A stretch of 32,000 nt of DNA from Geotalea uraniireducens Rf4. Its GTDB lineage: Bacteria > Desulfobacterota > Desulfuromonadia > Geobacterales > Geobacteraceae. The notes beneath the pieces were generated by a model, which had not been told where the DNA came from, did not search any database, and saw only the letters and a program-made list of their open reading frames with translations. Positions 24,432 to 32,000 of this stretch are shown piece by piece. The position numbers and the translations under genes were made by a program. How positions within the stretch are numbered: position 1 is the stretch's first letter; every line of letters begins with the position of its first letter. The stretch is from positions 2,010,001 to 2,042,000 of the forward strand of contig NC_009483.1 in NCBI RefSeq assembly GCF_000016745.1, written 5' to 3'.

Positions 24432-25346
24432 TCAGGGTTGCGGTACGAGGGGGATGGTGCCGAGTCCGGACTCGAAGCCGGCAGTGACGTTGGTCACCGG
24501 CGAGGAGTAGGGGGCGAATCCGTTTGCCCGGACATGCACCCGGTAGCTGCCGCCCGGCACGAAGGCGGAGAAGGGGCCTTCCCATCGGCCGCTCGTGTAG
24601 CTGCTGAAAACGGTGCCGCTGGCAATCGGCACGCTGCTTGTCGGCGGCATCACTGACACGGTGGCGCTCGACCAGTCCTTGAAGGTGGCGGCAATCGTGC
24701 CGGTGAGCGACCCGAAGCTGCCGAGCACCGTCGAGGGCTGGACGATGCGGATGCCGGTCGGCTTCAGGTTGTAGTCGCCGTTGCCCCGGACAACGATGGC
24801 CGTGTTCGGGTCAAAGTCGAGCATGATGGCGTTGATCACCCCGGCCTGGACCGTGAACCGGCCGAGGACCTTGAGTCCCGACTGCTGGCCGCTCGGGGTC
24901 TTGAGGGGGATCTTCGTCAGCGGGTCGCTCTTGAGCGTCAGGTAGTTGTTGGGGGTGGCCCCCTGACCGTTCGGGTTCGGCTCGAGGATGAGACGGACCT
25001 GGTTGTAGCTCCCGGCCGGAAGGACGATGCTGCCGAGGATCTGCTGCTGGAACTTGAGGGAGAGGATGTCGACCGGTTGCGGGGTGGCGTAGGTCACGAC
25101 CACCGGAAGCCCGGGGTCGTTGTCCGCCGCATTCTCCATCCCCGCCGGCACGACCCGCACTTCGCGAATCGTCACGACCACCTGTTGGTAGGCGTCGCTC
25201 GGCTTGTCCGTGAGACCGACCTTGAGCGTGCCGACCGGGGCCGTCCCCGTGCCGCCACCACCGCACCCCGGCAGTTGCGCCACGCCGAGGGCACCCAGCA
25301 GTACGAGGGCTGCCAGGGCGAATACATTCTGCATCCTTCTTTTCAT
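24432..25346 (-). CDS. DUF4382-family lipoprotein with a C-terminal carboxypeptidase-regulatory-like beta domain
   Basis: The lipoprotein signal is MKRRMQNVFALAALVLLGALGVAQLPGC followed by GGGG. The DUF4382-like core includes GTLKVGLTDKP, ILSLKFQ, LPAGSYNQVRLIL, PSGQQSGLKV, LDFD and YNLKPTGIRIV. The AGGAGG RBS favours ATG 25346 over the ORF track start 25511. Confidence 0.82.
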   Translation of the reverse strand: MKRRMQNVFALAALVLLGALGVAQLPGCGGGGTGTAPVGTLKVGLTDKPSDAYQQVVVTIREVRVVPAGMENAADNDPGLPVVVTYATPQPVDILSLKFQQQILGSIVLPAGSYNQVRLILEPNPNGQGATPNNYLTLKSDPLTKIPLKTPSGQQSGLKVLGRFTVQAGVINAIMLDFDPNTAIVVRGNGDYNLKPTGIRIVQPSTVLGSFGSLTGTIAATFKDWSSATVSVMPPTSSVPIASGTVFSSYTSGRWEGPFSAFVPGGSYRVHVRANGFAPYSSPVTNVTAGFESGLGTIPLVPQP

Positions 25347-25398
25347 ATCTACTACCTCCTGGTGAAAGTTCCCCACCTCTGCCCGGTGTTGCGGACAC

Positions 25399-25442
25399 AA
25401 AAAAACCGGGGCAGAAATACGATTGATATTTCGGCAACCCGG
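25399..25442 (-). terminator. intrinsic terminator inside the leader of the DUF4382 gene (attenuator), or terminator of the upstream operon
   Basis: On the minus strand a hairpin of about 13 bp spans 25442-25406 (ccggg..gccgaaata, loop tcaatcg, tatttctgc.cccgg). A U7 tract follows at 25405-25399. The T-run ends 52 nt upstream of ATG 25346. Confidence 0.65.
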
Positions 25443-25559
25443 CTGTCTCGGTGAGACCCAGTAGGCTTTCCGCCCCATCCTCGCGGATGGTTGAGTATTA
25501 TCGGCTATCACCTGGGGTATATAATGTGGCTATATTGCCCGAATCGGGGGAAATGTCAA
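25443..25559 (-). promoter_or_regulatory. candidate promoter plus structured 5' leader (riboswitch-like, loosely GEMM-I-like)
   Basis: On the minus strand, TTGACA (25559-25554) is followed by a 16-nt spacer and CAATAT (25537-25532). Downstream is a 6-bp hairpin with a GNRA loop, CCAUCC-GCGA-GGAUGG (25490-25475). It is followed directly by GGCGGAAAGCC, a second short hairpin (GUCUC-ACC-GAGAC) and AGCCGGGUUGCC, which overlaps the 5' arm of the terminator. Confidence 0.35.
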
Positions 25560-25580
25560 GCTTTCGATTGGAAAGGTTGC

Positions 25581-26498
25581 TCACCTCTTATTAATGAAAC
25601 CCAGATTGTATTTCGTTCCGCTCCGTTTCAGTTCCTCGGCGAGCTGTTCCGGCATATTCGACTTGAGGTCCGCAATTTCCCCGGAGAAACTGTCCCTGGC
25701 CTCTTCGACCTTTGACTCGAAACTTGCCAGGCGGCCTGAAGGCTTATTTGCCAGGTCGTTAAGCTTCAGGTAGTTGCCGTACATGCTTTGTAATTTCGTC
25801 GACAATTGCGCGTATTTTTCCGGTGGGTTCTCCAATTTACGCATGACCTGGTCGACCTCACCCTTAACTATGGCCATATCTTCCTTCTCTTCTCTGCTTA
25901 TCTCCTGATCGTCGGGGGGATCGGCCCCCTTGTCCTTCTTCCATTCGGCGATGGCGTCGCCATACGTCCTGCTGCACAGCTCCATGCCCGACTTGATGCC
26001 GTAAATAGCCAGCACGTAGTTTGTCAGGTACTGTCGCTCCGTATTCTTGCGGTTGTGCGATGCTCCGCTCAAGAGTGCGACGATGGACAACAACACGAGG
26101 CAGGCCGTGATGATTCTGAAGCGGACCGGCTTGTTTCTCAACACGGCGAAGTTGGCGCTCCCCGTTTTTGCCTGTGACGGGCCATGTCCGGCTTGCTCCC
26201 ACTTGGCAGGAGAATAGCCGTAAAAAAGGCGGCCGCAATAAGTGCATCTGGGAGAGTCCGCCTGCTTTTTGGCGCACCAGGAACAGATGATTGCCGAGTC
26301 TTGCGGCAGCCTGATTTTCCAGTTTACCAGATATCTCGTGGCACAATTTCGGCAGGTTATCGTGACTGGCCGCATGAGGCAGTGCAATGTGCGGACTCTG
26401 TCGCTGTATCCGCATTTCGGGCAGACGAGTTTCAATGTTCCATCCTTCCGTTTCAGGCCGCAATCTTCAAATAACGAGTTGGTATTGGACCGCAGCAT
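25581..26498 (-). CDS. membrane protein with two N-terminal zinc-ribbon (CxxC) pairs, one TM helix and a helical C-terminal domain
   Basis: The cysteine pairs are CPKCG...CRNC and CSWC...CTYC. The TM helix is IITACLVLLSIVALL. The ORF start overlaps the HD-GYP gene end by 32 nt. An in-frame TTG at 26435 with an AAGGA RBS is an alternative start. Confidence 0.6.
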   Translation of the reverse strand: MLRSNTNSLFEDCGLKRKDGTLKLVCPKCGYSDRVRTLHCLMRPVTITCRNCATRYLVNWKIRLPQDSAIICSWCAKKQADSPRCTYCGRLFYGYSPAKWEQAGHGPSQAKTGSANFAVLRNKPVRFRIITACLVLLSIVALLSGASHNRKNTERQYLTNYVLAIYGIKSGMELCSRTYGDAIAEWKKDKGADPPDDQEISREEKEDMAIVKGEVDQVMRKLENPPEKYAQLSTKLQSMYGNYLKLNDLANKPSGRLASFESKVEEARDSFSGEIADLKSNMPEQLAEELKRSGTKYNLGFINKR

Positions 26499-28599
26499 TC
26501 TCCAGCGTCATGCGGTCGTTGATTTTAAGGACCGTCTGCACCACAGCCGGGTCGAACTGGCTGCCCGAATTCTCCTCCAGGTACGAAATGACGCGGCTGT
26601 ACTCCCATCCCGGACGATATGGGCGGTCAGTGATCAGGGCATCGTAGACATCTGCCACTGCCAGGATGCGCGCGCCGAGAGATATGGCGTCTCCGGCCAG
26701 CCCGTGGGGATACCCTTGCCCGTTGAACCATTCATGGTGCTGGAGGACGATGGGAATGAGATTATGATATGCCTGGATGGGTCCCATGATCTCTGCGCCG
26801 ATTCCGGGGTGCTTTTTGATGATGGCGTATTCTTCGTCCGTCAGTTTGCCCGGTTTGTCGAGTATGGTTTCGGGAACGCCGATCTTGCCGATGTCGTGGA
26901 ACAGTCCCCCTTTCTGGAGAGTTTCCAGTTCAGTCTCGGAGAGCCTCATTTCCCGGCCGATGTTCAGCGCCACGGTGGTGACCCTCCAGGAATGGCCGGC
27001 AGTCCATGGCGATTTTGCGTCAACGGCATTTGCCAGCGCCCTGATGGTCCCCAGGTTGAGGAGGTTCAGTTCCTCGATGAGACGGACGTTCTCCAGTGCA
27101 ACCGCGATCTGGTCCGCAATCTGCCGCCCCCGCAGCAGGTCCTCACGAATATGCTCAGGGGTGCGTCGGTAGCCCAGCGTGAGGACCCCGGACAGAACGT
27201 TCTTGAGAAATATCGGCACGAGGTAGCAGTCACGGGCACCCTCAGCTGCCATCGGCGCAATGAGCATGCTGAACGACTGGTCCCCCGACGCAACGTGGAA
27301 ACCCTCGCCGGCTCTCTGGAGTATGGCCATCTCATCGGCGGAAAAAGCCGAGATACCTTGTTGCGAACCGGCAACGGAAAGGCTGTAGGAACTCTGGGCC
27401 ATGTCGACGATCGTCGGATTCGTCAGGGAGACGCACACCCATTCGCAAGAAATGACGGTGCGCAGGTTTGCCATGACCGTATCTACGATCTTTTCTTCAT
27501 TTTGTCCGGCCAGGATCATCCTGACGATCCGTCCCATTTCGGACAAGGTCTGAAAATGTTTCTTCAGGTGGGACGTCATGTCGTTAAACGATTCGGCCAG
27601 TTTTTCAAATTCATCTCCGCTGGTAACGGTTACTCTATGGTCGAAGTCGCCCTGGCTGATCTTTTGGGCACCATCCCGGAGGACCGTGAGAGGGACCATG
27701 TTTCTGCGGATTTGAATGCTGCTGATAAAGATTACGACCAACAGGGTCAGGAAAACGACGAGGTAAAACGTTCGGGCAAACTTACCTGCCGATTTGAAGG
27801 CGTCGTGCGTCGATTGGCTGGCGACAACCGTCAACGGCTCGGCACAGAAAGAGTATTTGAGAAAAAGCGACCAGTAACTGACGAGATACTTTTCACCCCC
27901 ATGGCGACCCTGGAAGTGACCGACTGAAGATTGCCCGAGTTTTGCCGTTACCTGCGTGATAAAACCTGGCGGCGACAGGGAGCTGTACAGCAATTTACCG
28001 CCTGAACCAAGGATGCAGACATTCGTTCCAAGTGGAAGCGTATAGCCAACAATCTCCCATAGATAATCGGCGTTGATTTCGCCGACCAGGAGGCTTTGCC
28101 CCGGATCGTCCTTATTTAAGGCTGTGGCCATAAACATACGCCCCGTTCCATCCCGGCCATCCTGTAAAAAAAACAGCACCTTTCCGTCTGCTATGTGTTT
28201 GCGCTCTGCGGCAGTCAGCGGGGGATAGGGGCAGGGTGGGCCGAAAATGTTTCTGGCGCCCCCCTGTCCTGCAAAGATGGTAAGGGCGAGGAACCTTTTA
28301 CCCGGGTCTCCGGTTCCTGTGTCGCGTCGATACCCATGGCCTCCGCGAGTGATCTCTTTTCCGGAGTGCGCCAAAGATTCCAACTCGTCCTGCAACCTGT
28401 ACAAAATCTCATTTATTGTCATTCCGATGTTTTTGCTTGTATGCTTCAGCAAATTAAGGCTTTCATTCCGGGAGTTGTCCGTCACCTGCCACAGCGAGAC
28501 GGCCGCCAGGGCGCAGACGGGGAGGAGGGCGCAGGCGACGAAAAGGCTGAACATGCGCCGGGCCACCCTGTTGCGGACAAATGAGAAGTTTCGTTTCAT
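26467..28599 (-). CDS. HD-GYP domain c-di-GMP phosphodiesterase with a periplasmic sensor region, HAMP and GAF-like domains
   Basis: An N-terminal TM helix is followed by a periplasmic loop of about 250 aa, a second TM helix and a HAMP domain (DEFEKLAESFNDM). The HD-GYP core is HSWRV...LFHDIGKIGVP...HPGIG...LQHHEWFNGQGYPHGL...ADVYDALITDRPYR. Confidence 0.9.
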   Translation of the reverse strand: MKRNFSFVRNRVARRMFSLFVACALLPVCALAAVSLWQVTDNSRNESLNLLKHTSKNIGMTINEILYRLQDELESLAHSGKEITRGGHGYRRDTGTGDPGKRFLALTIFAGQGGARNIFGPPCPYPPLTAAERKHIADGKVLFFLQDGRDGTGRMFMATALNKDDPGQSLLVGEINADYLWEIVGYTLPLGTNVCILGSGGKLLYSSLSPPGFITQVTAKLGQSSVGHFQGRHGGEKYLVSYWSLFLKYSFCAEPLTVVASQSTHDAFKSAGKFARTFYLVVFLTLLVVIFISSIQIRRNMVPLTVLRDGAQKISQGDFDHRVTVTSGDEFEKLAESFNDMTSHLKKHFQTLSEMGRIVRMILAGQNEEKIVDTVMANLRTVISCEWVCVSLTNPTIVDMAQSSYSLSVAGSQQGISAFSADEMAILQRAGEGFHVASGDQSFSMLIAPMAAEGARDCYLVPIFLKNVLSGVLTLGYRRTPEHIREDLLRGRQIADQIAVALENVRLIEELNLLNLGTIRALANAVDAKSPWTAGHSWRVTTVALNIGREMRLSETELETLQKGGLFHDIGKIGVPETILDKPGKLTDEEYAIIKKHPGIGAEIMGPIQAYHNLIPIVLQHHEWFNGQGYPHGLAGDAISLGARILAVADVYDALITDRPYRPGWEYSRVISYLEENSGSQFDPAVVQTVLKINDRMTLENAAVQYQLVI

Positions 28600-28611
28600 A
28601 TCGGTTCCATG

Positions 28612-29079
28612 TTAAAAGTCCGATACCAGGCCGATAAAGCCGCCATTGTTGGTGCGAAGAATATCGTCCTGACTATCTTTTGCGGTGAGCGCCGGCTTGC
28701 TTTTCCCATCCGCACCCATGCTGTACAGATCGAAATCGGAGTTCAGAGGGTTGAGGAAACGGACTTTCCGTAAACTCCCCTTCCCCTTTATGTCGCCATC
28801 GGCAATGTTCAGGTACTGGTATGCATGTCCCCAAGGGTCGAGAAGATTGCCATAACCGATGTCGCCGAGCGTATCGGGTTGGCGATTGTTGCTCACCGTG
28901 TATGCGACGATGGAGGTTGCCAGCATGCGTATCTCTGCTATAGTGCGGACTATGCGCGCCTTGTTGTAATAATCGGAATAGGCGGGGATGGCGATTGCGC
29001 TCAGGATGCCGATGATGGCCGTAGCTGTGACCAGTTCGACAAGCGTGAATCCTTTCCGACTTGCCGGCGCCGGGGACAA
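28612..29079 (-). CDS. GspG-like pseudopilin (prepilin-type N-terminal cleavage/methylation domain)
   Basis: The prepilin processing site is RKG|FTLVELV. GspG-like motifs are DPWGHAYQY and DFDLYSMGADGKS. The start is uncertain. TTG 29079 gives a normal 10-aa leader. ATG 29160 or 29196 (ORF track) gives leaders of 37 or 49 aa, both with poor RBS. The stop lies 12 nt before the HD-GYP start. Confidence 0.8.
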   Translation of the reverse strand: MSPAPASRKGFTLVELVTATAIIGILSAIAIPAYSDYYNKARIVRTIAEIRMLATSIVAYTVSNNRQPDTLGDIGYGNLLDPWGHAYQYLNIADGDIKGKGSLRKVRFLNPLNSDFDLYSMGADGKSKPALTAKDSQDDILRTNNGGFIGLVSDF

Positions 29080-29107
29080 GTTTCTTATGTGATATGGGTG
29101 TATCTGC

Positions 29108-29123
29108 GGCACAAAAGCCCCCA
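29108..29123 (-). promoter_or_regulatory. candidate sigma54 (-24/-12) promoter for the pseudopilin operon
   Basis: The minus strand reads TGGGGGCTTTTGTGCC, with GG and GC separated by exactly 10 nt. It lies about 30 nt upstream of TTG 29079. The match to TGGCAC-N5-TTGC outside the GG/GC dinucleotides is only partial. Confidence 0.3.
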
Positions 29124-29411
29124 CTGAACGAGCACGCTCATTTAGTAACAGGACAGGCATGGAAAAGGGCGGGGGACGTGACCTGAAACGTTGCATTCAT
29201 CCCGGTAAAAGCCCGGTTCTAATGCTTCGCTTCGGCAGGTTGCGGCAAAATCTTTAATGTGAAAGCGGGAGGGGCTTGTGATAGGGGGGGATGATCGGCA
29301 TTCTGCGGGAGATAATGGGCACTTTTCGCTGGTTTCGCTAGGCTTGATCCGTTCTCCGTCCGAGATGCCGGCGGCGTAATGTCACCTTTTGCGTGTTCTC
29401 TTCGTGTGCGA

Positions 29412-30839
29412 TCACCATTCCTGCCGCACCTCTTCCATGAGCCGCATGCGCAGATCAAAGAGACCATTGCTGATGGAAACCTTGTAGATATGTGGATTGA
29501 TGAAGCGGAGGCATCCATGGGGAAGGCGAGTGAGTTGCCCGGCGCAATGGTCTGCCATCTGGTCGAGGGTCGGCTCCCGGTCGGATGTTCGTTTCCCGCC
29601 TTCCATGACCACGTTGCGCAGCTCTGTAAACCGGGCATCCGCAGGTATTGTGGTGTACTGGAGGGGATTGACGGGATTGTACACCGTTTCTCCCGGCAGC
29701 ACCGTTTCGTCCGCCAGCGTGATGATGTCCATCAGGAATGAGCCGTCCGGTGTCACAGCCCGTAAGAGCCTCTTGCGGTCGGGCAGGGTGGCCTTGGCGA
29801 TGTCGCTTGTCACCTTCAGCTTCGGCCGGTCGCCGATCTTCACCAGCTTGTAGACCCCTCCGAGGGCTCCGCCACCTTCTCCCATGCAGGTTGCCAGCTT
29901 GGTTCCCACCCCGTAGATATCCACTTTTCCCCCTCCGGAGAGGATCGATTCGATGACGTATTCGTCGATTTCGTTGGAGGCGAGGATCTTTGCCTCCGGG
30001 AACCCCGCTTCGTCCAGCATCCGTCTGGTTTCCCTGGAGAGGTAGGCCAGGTCGCCCGAATCGAGGCGCACGCCGACCAGCTCATGCCCCCGTGCACGCA
30101 GCTCGCGGGCGACGGTGATGGCGTTGGGGATGCCGCTCTTCAGGGTGTCGTAGGTGTCGACGAGGAGAATGCAGGTGTCGGGGAAGACTTCGGCGTATCT
30201 GCGGAAAGAGGTCAGTTCGTCGTCGAAGGCCATGATCCAGCTGTGGGCATGGGTCCCCTTGACCGGAATGCCGAATGTCTTGCCTGCCATGACGTTGCTC
30301 GTGCTGCGGGCTCCGCCGATATAGGCGGCCCTGGCAACGCTGATTCCGCCGTCGGGTCCGTGGGCGCGGCGCAGGCCGAACTCGATCACCTTGGCGCTCC
30401 CCGCCGTATGGGTGACGCGCGCCGCCTTGGTGGCGACCAGGGTCTGGAAGTTGATGATGTTCAGGAGCGCCGTCTCCACGAACTGGGCCTCGGCCAGGTT
30501 CCCTTCGATGGTGAGGAGCGGTTCGTTGGCAAAGACTATGGTCCCCTCCGGCGGTGCGGTCACCCTTCCCCTGAAGCGGAAACCGCGCAGGAACTCTATG
30601 AAGTTCGGCCGGAAGATGCCGAGGCTTCGCAGATATGCCAGCTCGTCGTCGCTGAAGGCCAGGTTTTCCAGGTAGGAGAGGGCGGTGTCGAGCCCGGCGA
30701 AGACCGCGTAGCCCCCTTTGAACGGGTTATGGCGGTAGTAGAGGTCGAACACTGCCGGCGTTTCGTGCATCCCTTCTTCCAGGTAGCCGGCAAGCATGGT
30801 CAATTCGTAAAGGTCGGTGATGAGCGGTGAATAACGCAT
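29412..30839 (-). CDS. pncB: nicotinate phosphoribosyltransferase
   Basis: [15 protein letters not shown] is the typical NAPRTase N-terminus. EFGLRRA, GTHAHSW and VRLDSGD are present. GGAGG lies 5 nt before ATG 30839; the ORF track start is 30869. Confidence 0.9.
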   Translation of the reverse strand: MRYSPLITDLYELTMLAGYLEEGMHETPAVFDLYYRHNPFKGGYAVFAGLDTALSYLENLAFSDDELAYLRSLGIFRPNFIEFLRGFRFRGRVTAPPEGTIVFANEPLLTIEGNLAEAQFVETALLNIINFQTLVATKAARVTHTAGSAKVIEFGLRRAHGPDGGISVARAAYIGGARSTSNVMAGKTFGIPVKGTHAHSWIMAFDDELTSFRRYAEVFPDTCILLVDTYDTLKSGIPNAITVARELRARGHELVGVRLDSGDLAYLSRETRRMLDEAGFPEAKILASNEIDEYVIESILSGGGKVDIYGVGTKLATCMGEGGGALGGVYKLVKIGDRPKLKVTSDIAKATLPDRKRLLRAVTPDGSFLMDIITLADETVLPGETVYNPVNPLQYTTIPADARFTELRNVVMEGGKRTSDREPTLDQMADHCAGQLTRLPHGCLRFINPHIYKVSISNGLFDLRMRLMEEVRQEW

Positions 30840-30858
30840 GGCTGCCTCCATGGTTAAA

Positions 30859-30894
30859 CTAGTGTCCATCCGGAAACTCTGGATGAGACACTAT
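30859..30894. promoter_or_regulatory. operator-like inverted repeat immediately upstream of pncB
   Basis: On the plus strand, agtgtccatcc (30861-30871) and ggatgagacact (30881-30892) are reverse complements apart from one inserted base. They are separated by 9 nt. The repeat lies about 20 nt upstream of ATG 30839. Confidence 0.4.
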
Positions 30895-30959
30895 TGGTTT
30901 CCAATTCGGAACCTAAACTATATCATAAGGATGATGCCGCGCCATATTATGGCGGGGGG

Positions 30960-31520
30960 CTAACGGGTGATTGCCTCCAGCAGCTTTGCCGCCAGCTCTC
31001 CATCGAGTGGCTTGAGCATGTCATACTCTTTCCGCGCGGAATCCTTGTCTCCCATGGCGTAATAGGCCATTCCCCTGTTGAAACGGGCGTTCGCATCATC
31101 CGGCTTGAGGCGGAGTACCTGACCGTAGGCCTCTATCGCCTCCTGAAAGCGGCCGAGCCGGTAATAGATGCCTCCCAGGTTGCCGTATGCCGGCAGGAAG
31201 TCGGGATTGAGGCGCACCGCCTGCTTGAGGGACGCGGCCGCCTCCTCATGGTTGCCGAGAAAGGCGCTTGCCGTGCCGAGATTGAACCAGGCAGCCGCAT
31301 CAGCGGGAGTAATGGCGATCACTTTTCGGAACGCCTCGGCTGCTTCCCGGTAACTGCCGGACCGGTTCAGTTCGAGCCCCTTTCGAAACCATTCTGCGGC
31401 CCCGGTAAAGTCCACCGCTCCTTTTTCCCGGGGCGCGGATTTGGGTTCGACTGCCCCATGGACTGCAATTGCCGTAATGAGCGTCACAATAAGCGTAGCG
31501 AGAAACAGGCGCACGTTCAT
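30960..31520 (-). CDS. secreted tetratricopeptide-repeat (TPR) protein
   Basis: The signal peptide is MNVRLFLATLIVTLITAIAVHG. At least four TPR units follow (AAEAFRKVIAITPADAAAWFNLG, AAASLKQAVRLNPDFLPAYGNLG, AIEAYGQVLRLKPDDANARFNRG). The AGGAA RBS favours ATG 31520. Confidence 0.85.
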   Translation of the reverse strand: MNVRLFLATLIVTLITAIAVHGAVEPKSAPREKGAVDFTGAAEWFRKGLELNRSGSYREAAEAFRKVIAITPADAAAWFNLGTASAFLGNHEEAAASLKQAVRLNPDFLPAYGNLGGIYYRLGRFQEAIEAYGQVLRLKPDDANARFNRGMAYYAMGDKDSARKEYDMLKPLDGELAAKLLEAITR

Positions 31521-31563
31521 CTGTTTTCCTTTAAATACAAAAATGCAGTTGGACACGGATTTA

Positions 31564-31669
31564 CACGGATAAATCAAGGACATATTCCCTAACCCTTCCG
31601 GTCTTGGTTCTCGGTCTTTTAAATCCGTGAAAATCCGTACAAATCAGATTTGATCCGTGTTTAAATGCT
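31564..31669. repeat. phased-heptamer element: 2 x CACGGAT, a 52-bp core, then 3 x ATCCGT(G/A)
   Basis: cacggat occurs at 31564 and 31574. The inverted atccgtg, atccgta and atccgtg occur at 31633, 31643 and 31663 (spacings 10 and 20 nt). The element lies in the divergent intergenic region between the TPR gene and the partial gene at 31832. Confidence 0.8.
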
Positions 31670-31831
31670 TTTTCAAGGTTAAAATACGTCTTCGAGGATT
31701 ATAGCAGAAAAGACGGGACGCGCCGCCCTTCGGCATTTCGCCGGAGAGTTTTCTTCTGGAAACGGATGGTCGATTCTGGTATGAATCAGGTGCAGGCTAA
31801 GGAATTGCTGCGCCAAAACGGAGGTATTTGA

Positions 31832-32000
31832 ATGGAAAAGGTTTTAATCGTCGGTTGCGGAGATATGGGGAAGCGGGTGGCTGGACTGGTCATGGCGGAA
31901 GGCGCCGACGTAAGCGCCCTGGTCAGGTCTGCGGAGAAGGGGCAAAAACTGGCGGAGTTGGGGATTCAGCCGGTCGTCGGCGATCTGGACGAGCTGTCTT
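31832..32000 (+). CDS. NAD(P)-binding Rossmann-fold protein (SDR/epimerase-like), N-terminal part; it continues past the window
   Basis: MEKVLIVGCGDMGKRVAG is a GxGxxG dinucleotide-binding start. GGAGG lies 7 nt upstream. The frame is open to the window end. Confidence 0.6.
   Translation, partial: MEKVLIVGCGDMGKRVAGLVMAEGADVSALVRSAEKGQKLAELGIQPVVGDLDELS

Noticed and set aside
29219-29638. A 139-aa minus-strand ORF between the pseudopilin gene and pncB.
   Set aside because: It overlaps the 3' end of pncB out of frame, is Pro/Ser/Arg-rich, and has no RBS or motif.

Overview
This is a high-GC chromosomal segment whose gene content and repeat style suggest a Geobacter-like deltaproteobacterium; that assignment is inference, since no search was possible. 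Bases 1-12.7 kb are core metabolism. They hold two sensory kinases, a co-directional trpE-trpG-trpD-trpC-trpB(TrpB2 type)-trpF-serA cluster with no trpA, and a convergent class-I DAHP synthase and nicotinamidase (pncA). Almost every junction in the trp/serA cluster carries short-period (7-9 nt) tandem arrays or long perfect inverted repeats. Bases 12.8-29.4 kb are a mosaic accessory stretch bracketed by the two NAD-salvage genes pncA and pncB. It contains intact genes: a GH13 amylase, an SGNH esterase, an AzgA-type purine permease, msrA, vapBC, a DUF4382 lipoprotein and a pseudopilin / HD-GYP / zinc-ribbon operon. It also contains decayed genes: a HigA tail, a twice-frameshifted Met-rich lipoprotein, a KilA-N fragment, a SEC-C tail and a PAS-SpoIIE remnant. 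Six loci are most worth follow-up. (1) A 134-bp duplication of the msrA promoter and 5' end brackets a 0.94-kb insert that carries an orphan MNT nucleotidyltransferase, an operator-overlapped promoter and a ~170-nt imperfect palindrome. (2) An iteron-like 18-nt tandem array lies beside the KilA-N fragment. (3) A (TTCCTC)n microsatellite encodes about 20 Leu-Phe pairs inside a lipoprotein signal peptide. (4) A structured, terminator-containing leader with loose resemblance to GEMM-I lies upstream of the DUF4382 lipoprotein, directly downstream of the pseudopilin / HD-GYP / Zn-ribbon operon. (5) A dispersed element built from helically phased CACGNAT heptamers occurs twice. (6) Reverse-complementary heptad arrays flank trpF. 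No rRNA, tRNA, CRISPR array or intact transposase/integrase was recognised. All functional calls rest on motif recognition by eye in the supplied translations.
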